A stretch of 59,777 bases of DNA, the filler included. It is 5 parts of 5 records of this genome, joined end to end, with 100 filler letters (N's around TTAATTAATTAA, not from the genome) between each part and the next. Parts side by side here need not be neighbours in the genome. Positions count along the whole stretch, not along the records: positions 51,933 to 59,777 come from SRR22947727_2775; 4 more parts are not named here. The stretch is one strand, 5' to 3'. Both the position numbers and the translations under genes were made by a program. Under the pieces are notes generated by a model that worked only from the letters and a program-made list of their open reading frames with translations, was not told the DNA's origin and made no database searches. Below are positions 53,729 to 59,777 of this stretch, piece by piece (the stretch's first letter is position 1; the number at the start of each line of letters is the position of its first letter).

Positions 53729-53908
53729 TCATGTTTTTTTATCGCGTGCAGCTTTCTCTTCTTTTGTGAGTTTATTGTTCCACTGATTATTACTAAGGCC
53801 AAGCTCTGCCGCCGGCGGCTTGGTTTTACCATGGCTAATCTTACCGCCATTATTCAGAAACTCCTGAATAAGAGATTCATCAGTTGTTTCTTTTGGGACG
53901 TCTTTCAA
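53729..53908 (-). CDS. 59-aa small protein with a SutA-like EFL..GGKI motif (not in the ORF track)
   Basis: GGGAG RBS, TTG start, MKDVPKETTDESLIQEFLNNGGKISHGKTKPPAAELGLSNNQWNNKLTKEEKAARDKKT, TGA stop. Confidence 0.6.
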   Translation of the reverse strand: MKDVPKETTDESLIQEFLNNGGKISHGKTKPPAAELGLSNNQWNNKLTKEEKAARDKKT

Positions 53909-54007
53909 AATGGAATCTCCCTCAATTATTTAATGCTAGACGCTTTAGAAGAAAAATGAATGTGGACTATCTCCATTCAATTTACCATACCAAGCGATAA
54001 GACTAAT

Positions 54008-55195
54008 TCACTCCTCTCGTCTCACCTCGTCAAACTTTGCAGCCATAGTTGGATTTTTTCGGGTCAACCTTTTAACAGAGACATCTTGCGCTTTGTCGTT
54101 GGCAAGCCGAAGATTTCTATCAGTGCTTAACAATGCTTCTTTAGTCTTTTGCAGATGAGAAATTGATTTATCAATTTCAGCTATTGCCGTGGTAAATTTT
54201 TTTGAAGCTAAATCATAATTACGTCCAAAAGCTGTTTTAAACGCATCCAATTCTGTTTCAAAATTTGTGATATCAATGTTTTGCTCTCTCACAAGAGCCA
54301 ACTCCGTTTTGTATTTCATTGAATTCAAAGCCGCGTTTCTTAATAGTGTAATCATTGGAATGAAAAATTGCGGCCTAATGACATACATTTTGGGATATCG
54401 GTAAAATACATCAACTATCCCAGTGTTATAAAGTTCACTGTCCGGCTCCAGTAAGGAAACCAACACTGCATATTCGCATCCCTTTTCGTTTCGATCTTTA
54501 TCCAACTCTTGTAGAAAATCTTCGTTCTTTCTTTTGGTTGCGGTGGTATCCATCTCATTTTTCATCTCAAACATAATTGAAATGATTTCAGTGCCATTTT
54601 CCTCGTGATCTTTAAATATATAGTCACCTTTGCTTCCCGAGCTCGCATCATTGTCTTTGTCAAAATATGCCGTCTGAAAAGCTGTAGACCGTAATTTGTT
54701 GAATTCGTTCTCGCAGTGCTGCTCCAAAGTTTCTCCAACCATCTTTGTTGAGAGCTTAGCCTTCATATCCTTAAGACGTTCAATCGCTTCGTCACGATCG
54801 CGTATTTGCGTTTTATATTTGTCTTTGAGCAGGTTTTCTGAATTTTCTTTTTCTAATTTTGAATTTTTAAGATCGTTCTTTAAATTGTCTCGCTCTTTTT
54901 CCATTTCGCGAACAGCCTTATCAACCGTTGCTTGGACCGAACTATCCTTTTCTCGTATGGTTGATCTTAGGCGTTCAATTTCCACCTCTTTTTCTGCCTT
55001 CAAGGTTTGAATAGCGCTGTCGGATGAACTCTTAGCAAGTTCAAGCGCCGCGGCATTTTCCTTCTCTTTCTGAGCTATTCTTTCTTGTAGGTGATTTTCA
55101 AACTCATGATCATGAACCTGTTTAAGGATATTTGCATAACCGGTTTCATCAACTTTAAAGGCTTTGCTACAGTTTGGGCATATTATTTCATTCAT
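54008..55195 (-). CDS. DUF2130 domain protein (zinc knuckle, coiled coil, putative PD-(D/E)XK C-domain)
   Basis: It has EIICPNC, a long coiled coil, [28 protein letters not shown] and CEYAVLVS. Confidence 0.85.
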   Translation of the reverse strand: MNEIICPNCSKAFKVDETGYANILKQVHDHEFENHLQERIAQKEKENAAALELAKSSSDSAIQTLKAEKEVEIERLRSTIREKDSSVQATVDKAVREMEKERDNLKNDLKNSKLEKENSENLLKDKYKTQIRDRDEAIERLKDMKAKLSTKMVGETLEQHCENEFNKLRSTAFQTAYFDKDNDASSGSKGDYIFKDHEENGTEIISIMFEMKNEMDTTATKRKNEDFLQELDKDRNEKGCEYAVLVSLLEPDSELYNTGIVDVFYRYPKMYVIRPQFFIPMITLLRNAALNSMKYKTELALVREQNIDITNFETELDAFKTAFGRNYDLASKKFTTAIAEIDKSISHLQKTKEALLSTDRNLRLANDKAQDVSVKRLTRKNPTMAAKFDEVRREE

Positions 55196-55250
55196 AGTTC
55201 ATATCCTCTTAAACTTATGTTCCTGAGCTTTTTGCGGGTAACGGTAAACG

Positions 55251-56060
55251 TTAGGCATTAAATAAAGATCTTTGCTTGGCATAAGCGCAGTTTTTGCAGC
55301 TTTCATGACCCTCTGGAATTGAGGCGTTATTCATGACCTCGATCATTTCCTCCACTTTTGATGGTATCCAATCTGTATTCCAATCATAGGGAATTAAAGT
55401 TTCGCTGAACTTCATTTCACCAAAAAACCCGTATGCATCACGATCGGCATTACACACCAAAAAATATGCTGTTTTCGAAACAGAAAACCCCATTTCTTGA
55501 AGTAAAAAGGAATAGAAATCCATCTGGATTTTATATCCATCATGGTAAACGTCAGAGAGATAGCTTGTTGGATCGAGCGGCTTTCTGTTTGCTTGAGACT
55601 TATAGTCCACCACGATCAATTCTTTGGTGTTTGTATCTTGCCAGATATCATCCACGCCCCCGGTGAGGATGATATTGGTGCCCTTAAACCTTTTCATCAA
55701 TCCATGCCTCAAAGAGTCCCGCCACTTATCCATGTCGGGATGTTGAAACGGAACCAAATGATCCAGACTATTCTTTGAAAACAGACGGTGCGGAGTTTGC
55801 GTTGTCCTGCATTCATCAAACTCTTTTTTAAGCAGCAAATCCGTTGTCTCGTTTAACGTCCATCCCGGTGTGCCAGGCGCATCCAACCCCATAACGCGGT
55901 CCAAGTAGAAACATCGCTTACATGTCAAAAAATTTGAAAACCGGCCACGACTGATTTTAAAATCATCCGTTTGACCTGGTCTGTAGATAGAGGATCTTCT
56001 GCTGCGTACTCCCGTTGCGGGTACCAGGTCTTTTTTTGAGTTTCGTTTTAAATCAATCAT
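55251..56060 (-). CDS. PD-(D/E)XK nuclease (Cas4/AddB-like)
   Basis: It has CKRCFY, GGVDD, VVDYKS, QMDFY and a C-terminal CKNC. Confidence 0.85.
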   Translation of the reverse strand: MIDLKRNSKKDLVPATGVRSRRSSIYRPGQTDDFKISRGRFSNFLTCKRCFYLDRVMGLDAPGTPGWTLNETTDLLLKKEFDECRTTQTPHRLFSKNSLDHLVPFQHPDMDKWRDSLRHGLMKRFKGTNIILTGGVDDIWQDTNTKELIVVDYKSQANRKPLDPTSYLSDVYHDGYKIQMDFYSFLLQEMGFSVSKTAYFLVCNADRDAYGFFGEMKFSETLIPYDWNTDWIPSKVEEMIEVMNNASIPEGHESCKNCAYAKQRSLFNA

Positions 56061-56216
56061 GAAAACACCCTACCCGTTTCATTCCAAAATAGCTCTTCAA
56101 TAAGCAGGAATCTGCCCATGAAAATGGAATCGTTGTTTTTATTTTATGTATCAAATTAACTGTTTTCATAACGATAAGCCCGCAAAAATTGGGCATAGCA
56201 GGTTGAGCATAATAAT

Positions 56217-56993
56217 ATGAAAAATTTATACCGGCGGCTCTTTGGCCGTCTTTACTGGGTGCAGTATTCAAAAGAGCTTTCTTATAAAGGCGAGTGGAAA
56301 AACGGAAGTTTTCACGGCGAAGGACATTTGAAGTATGCAAATGGAAACACCTTCACGGGATCATTCAAGTCTGGCACTAAGAATGGGTTTGGCCACTATA
56401 AAACTTCTAACGGTTTTGAATATATCGGCGATTGGCTGAACGGCTATCAAACTGGCTTTGGAGCTATCTGCTATAAAAATGGCGACCTCTATGAGGGTGA
56501 TGTTCAAAATAGTCTTCGACATGGAGAGGGTCGTTTTTTTCAGGCGTCTGATTGCGTCTGGTACAAAGGTGCCTGGATACAAGGCATTTTATATGGGCAC
56601 ATTGAAATCTCATCCTCGGAATGGATATTTGAGGGACAGCTCCCAGAAAAGGACGTCATTTCACTGGGCAAATTAATATATCCAGATGGGTCAAAATATG
56701 AGGGACAAATTCTTAACTTTAAAAGGCACGGCAAAGGTACGTTAACTGCCGCCTCCGGTGAACAGACATGCGGAGTATGGAAAGATCAGCTGCACGTGAC
56801 CAATGCCATAAGAACGGATGCCGAGGGAATAATCTGGAAGGGGAGCTTTAAAAACTCACAACCAGATGGTTTCATGCGTATCCGGATGCCTAATGGACAT
56901 GGATATGATGGTGTTTGGGAAAAAGGAGACATGGTCAGGGTTTTAAGCGTTATAAACAAAACCAAGTCTCCTAACCATTATGTGGTGCACTGA
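56217..56993 (+). CDS. MORN-repeat protein
   Basis: Repeated YxGxWxxGxxHGxG units. Confidence 0.88.
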   Translation: MKNLYRRLFGRLYWVQYSKELSYKGEWKNGSFHGEGHLKYANGNTFTGSFKSGTKNGFGHYKTSNGFEYIGDWLNGYQTGFGAICYKNGDLYEGDVQNSLRHGEGRFFQASDCVWYKGAWIQGILYGHIEISSSEWIFEGQLPEKDVISLGKLIYPDGSKYEGQILNFKRHGKGTLTAASGEQTCGVWKDQLHVTNAIRTDAEGIIWKGSFKNSQPDGFMRIRMPNGHGYDGVWEKGDMVRVLSVINKTKSPNHYVVH

Positions 56994-57438
56994 AGATGCA
57001 AGTATTTAACCTGATCAATCATAACCAGTTTTTGAATGTTCTGAGGCTTGCAATCACCGTGCTAATAGCCAGTAGTTCTAACCTTTATGCAGATTGCGGC
57101 GAGGGTTCATCTTCAGGGCCTAAAAAAGAAGTTTTTCCAACTCCATGCACTGCGTTTTGCCGGAGATCTCTGGCTGTTTGAGGGGTGATTTAGGCTTGTG
57201 GAAAGCTCTAAAAGTTGCTCATGACAAACAACCGTTCGAAAAGGTACAAGCAATTCAGCGGAATAGCTTGGATAACCAGTAGATCTATAAAAGTAAGAGG
57301 GTTAGTGGCGCACCGGGGATGCGACCGAACTTTAATAAGGTTATTTATTATCAATGCCTTAGTGAGGTGCTCTTTTGGACAAGCGGTCCCGAAAGCGGTC
57401 CACGATGACTCACTTGCCAGGTCTGGCTTCCTACCTTT

Positions 57439-57458
57439 GCAGTCATTAGCTGCAGTGC
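57439..57458 (+). repeat. Left copy of an imperfect direct repeat flanking the LysR-HAD unit
   Basis: GCAGTCATTAGCTGCAGTGC is 17/20 identical to 59561-59580. Confidence 0.5.
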
Positions 57459-57525
57459 GTTCAAAGGTCAGCTATGCGGACAAACCAGCCGTAAGGTTGT
57501 CTGCAGTGAATATCCGCAATGCGGT

Positions 57526-58404
57526 TTATTCAGCGGCACTCAATGAGGCAGGCACTCGAAACTCGCGTGCGATTTCTGAGACCAGTGCCTTGACTGGAGC
57601 GGACCTACTTTTGGAGTTGACCCGTGCAACGAATGTAATGCTAGGCGGCAATGGAAACAGGTTTTCGATCACATCCATGTCGTCCGTCACATGCATTCCG
57701 TTCAACAAGGCAATACCAAGCCCTGAACGAACACCCGATTGAATGCCTGCGGCACTTGGACACTCAAGGACTTTCTCAAAGGATTGTCCTTCTAGCAGCA
57801 CCTCCGAAAAACCCCACTTCCGGTAAAAGCAATTGGTATCGAATGACAGAAACGGAATTGGTCGAGCGAGGTCTAGTTCACAGTCTTTCGATTTGACCCA
57901 ATGAAGGGTGTCATCAAAGAGAACTTGATCTTGGGGCTCTATGTCTGTTGTGAACACCTGCATCATTGCAAGATCAAGCTCATCTGCTTGCAGCCAGGCT
58001 TGAACATTCAGGCTTTGGCTGGTCCGCGTTCGCACACTTACAGAGGGGTACACCCGCGTAAACCGACCAAGAATTCCAGCGATGTCGCTTGTCGTAGCAT
58101 CTTCGGTCATGCCTAGGCGAATAGCTCCATTCAAGTTTTTCTTTCCCAAATCTGAAAGCGCTTCGTCGTGCAGATTGACAATACGCAAGGCATAATCATG
58201 AAGGCGTTTTCCGGCAGCCGTGAACAGTGGTCCTCCGGATTGCCGTGCTAAGAGGGTGCAATCCAACGCACTTTCTAACCGTTTGATTTTGTGGCTAACG
58301 GCTGACTGCGACACACCCAACTGTCTAGCAGCATTGGTAACACCGCCACTAGTGCCAATGGCGCACAACGCACGCATTGCATCGATTTCCAGCCGTTCAG
58401 CCAA
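57526..58404 (-). CDS. LysR family transcriptional regulator
   Basis: It has the HTH TNAARQLGVSQSAVSHKIKRLE and a substrate-binding domain. TTG start with GAGGAG. Confidence 0.95.
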   Translation of the reverse strand: MAERLEIDAMRALCAIGTSGGVTNAARQLGVSQSAVSHKIKRLESALDCTLLARQSGGPLFTAAGKRLHDYALRIVNLHDEALSDLGKKNLNGAIRLGMTEDATTSDIAGILGRFTRVYPSVSVRTRTSQSLNVQAWLQADELDLAMMQVFTTDIEPQDQVLFDDTLHWVKSKDCELDLARPIPFLSFDTNCFYRKWGFSEVLLEGQSFEKVLECPSAAGIQSGVRSGLGIALLNGMHVTDDMDVIENLFPLPPSITFVARVNSKSRSAPVKALVSEIAREFRVPASLSAAE

Positions 58405-58417
58405 GGCTGCTCCTCAC

Positions 58418-58453
58418 ATGACAAACTTGCATCAAAATATGACAAACATTCAT
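58418..58453. promoter_or_regulatory. Tandem LysR boxes ATG-N9-CAT
   Basis: ATGACAAACTTGCAT (58418-58432) and ATGACAAACATTCAT (58439-58453) each contain T-N11-A. They start 21 bp apart in the divergent promoter region. Confidence 0.7.
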
Positions 58454-58513
58454 TTGTGTCATATCTTAGCTTTGGTTATCCATCTTGCAAAGCCAAATTT
58501 TCTAGGACACCCC

Positions 58514-58780
58514 ATGACCGACATTAGCTATCAAAACGCTATAACGCGCGACCATCGCAAGCTCACTTCTCTGTTCGGAGTCATCGGCTCCATTCTGGCC
58601 ATGGTCTATGCGATATCGATTGCGATGAACATTGGAGCGGAGATGCTTGGGTTTTCCTTGCTTTTGGTGTCGTCTGCGCTGTTTTCAGGATGGACTATTG
58701 TAGACCGTCGTTGGACGTTCCTAGTGCTCCAAGTGTTCTATGCAGCGTCAGCAATTATTGGGTTGATCCGTTGGGCCTGA
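58514..58780 (+). CDS. 88-aa three-TM membrane protein
   Basis: ATG after AGGA, three hydrophobic segments, ending LQVFY...IIGLIRW. Confidence 0.7.
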   Translation: MTDISYQNAITRDHRKLTSLFGVIGSILAMVYAISIAMNIGAEMLGFSLLLVSSALFSGWTIVDRRWTFLVLQVFYAASAIIGLIRWA

Positions 58781-58826
58781 ACAGAATTCAGCAAAATAGC
58801 CCATACCAACAAGAAGGAGGGAAACT

Positions 58827-59552
58827 ATGAAACTGACGGACTTCAAGGTTCTAGCATTCGACGTTTATGGCACGCTGATCGACTGGGAAAGCGGCATGGT
58901 CACAGCTCTCAAGCCATTGACGGACAAAGTCAGTCAAAACCTGACGCGCGACGATATTCTTGAAGCACACGCCTACCATGAATCCACGACGCAGCGCTGG
59001 ACACCCAACAAAAAGTACTTTGATCTTCTTGCAGTGGTCTACCGTCGTCTAGCTGAAGAATGGGGTGTCGAAGTGACTTGGGAAGAATGCCAAGCATACG
59101 GCCTGTCTGTGCGCCAATGGCCTGCGTTTGACGACAGCCGTGAAGCACTCGCCTACCTCAAACAACATTACAAATTGGTCGTCCTGACCAATACCGACAA
59201 TACGAGTTTTTCAGGCTCGAAGGCTCGGCTCGATGTCCACTTTGATGGTGTCTACACCGCTGAAGACGTTGGCAGCTACAAACCATCTGATCGAAACTTT
59301 GACTATATGCTGGAAACGCTTGCGCGGAAAGGTATCTTCAAAAAGGACATTCTTCATACAGCAGAAAGCATGTTCCACGATCATGGCCCTGCCAATCAAC
59401 ACGGGCTCGCTAATTGCTGGATCTATCGTCGTCACGAAAAAGAAGGGTTCGGGGCAACAATGAACCCCGGAGAGATGCCCAGCTATGACTTCTGCTTCAA
59501 CAGTATGGCTGAGCTTGCTGCAGCACATAAGGCGGAACTGTCGGGCGCGTAA
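58827..59552 (+). CDS. Haloacid dehalogenase type II-like HAD hydrolase
   Basis: It has FDVYGTLIDWE, VLTNTD, SYKPS and HTAESMFHDH, with an AAGGAGG RBS. Confidence 0.92.
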   Translation: MKLTDFKVLAFDVYGTLIDWESGMVTALKPLTDKVSQNLTRDDILEAHAYHESTTQRWTPNKKYFDLLAVVYRRLAEEWGVEVTWEECQAYGLSVRQWPAFDDSREALAYLKQHYKLVVLTNTDNTSFSGSKARLDVHFDGVYTAEDVGSYKPSDRNFDYMLETLARKGIFKKDILHTAESMFHDHGPANQHGLANCWIYRRHEKEGFGATMNPGEMPSYDFCFNSMAELAAAHKAELSGA

Positions 59553-59560
59553 ACTGCGCA

Positions 59561-59580
59561 GCAGTCATTCGCGGCGGTGC
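59561..59580 (+). repeat. Right copy of the imperfect direct repeat flanking the LysR-HAD unit
   Basis: GCAGTCATTCGCGGCGGTGC begins 8 nt after the HAD stop. Confidence 0.5.
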
Positions 59581-59777
59581 AGAATATTGCAGAATGGGTT
59601 CTTTCCTGCCGATCGCTGCACTTTGCATCAATGTCGGCATTGGCTTGTTATGCCTAAAACAAAAAATTAATCGCCATCCCCCCGCTTGACCACCCGCGAA
59701 GGGCAGCCGGACGGGGATATTTAGGGGTTATAACGCTAACTCCGTTGGCAACTTCAACCCATCCACGATCTCTCGCT

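Noticed and set aside
53720-53959. 79-aa plus-strand ORF
   Set aside because: The opposite-strand 59-aa ORF has an RBS and a recognisable motif.
55251-56060. CRISPR-Cas locus
   Set aside because: There is only a solo Cas4-like nuclease, with no array and no cas1/cas2.
57215-57742. 175-aa plus-strand ORF
   Set aside because: It spans repeat/att-like DNA and the antisense of the LysR gene, and has no protein-like features.

Overview
The window is not one genome. It is five unrelated contigs joined by 100-nt artificial linkers (N44-TTAATTAATTAA-N44), as in a concatenated, probably marine, metagenome. (1) 1-6309: an AT-rich T4-like phage replication module (split family-B DNA polymerase, sliding clamp, clamp-loader ATPase) with a chaperone set inserted into it (Hsp20, GroES, GroEL). 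The hsp20 gene is enclosed by a long-range complementary stem containing G-U pairs. Promoter and start-site features suggest a Bacteroidota host. (2) 6410-28287: gammaproteobacterial housekeeping DNA, possibly Halieaceae/OM60-like (maeB, a LuxO-like regulator lacking GAFTGA, ctaA, uup, aspC/tyrB, cmoAB, lon, miaB-ybeZ-ybeY-corC-lnt, leuS). (3) 28388-42836: a gene-dense green-algal nuclear contig with spliceosomal introns, mostly with GTACG donors (plastid sulfite reductase, IMPACT/YigZ, CTR copper transporter, VAMP72, mitochondrial ATP synthase beta, XRCC2-like, Hsp33). (4) 42937-51832: an AT-rich streamlined gammaproteobacterium, possibly SAR86-like (alaS, gamma-CA, two Nudix hydrolases, purL, MltF-like SLT, uvrB, partial tRNA-Asn). 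(5) 51933-59777: an alphaproteobacterial accessory region (YHYH-SNase, divergent PanB, an unlisted 59-aa SutA-like ORF, DUF2130 and a Cas4-like nuclease, MORN protein, and a repeat-flanked LysR/3-TM/HAD unit). All taxonomic and family calls come from motif recognition only; no searches were run.
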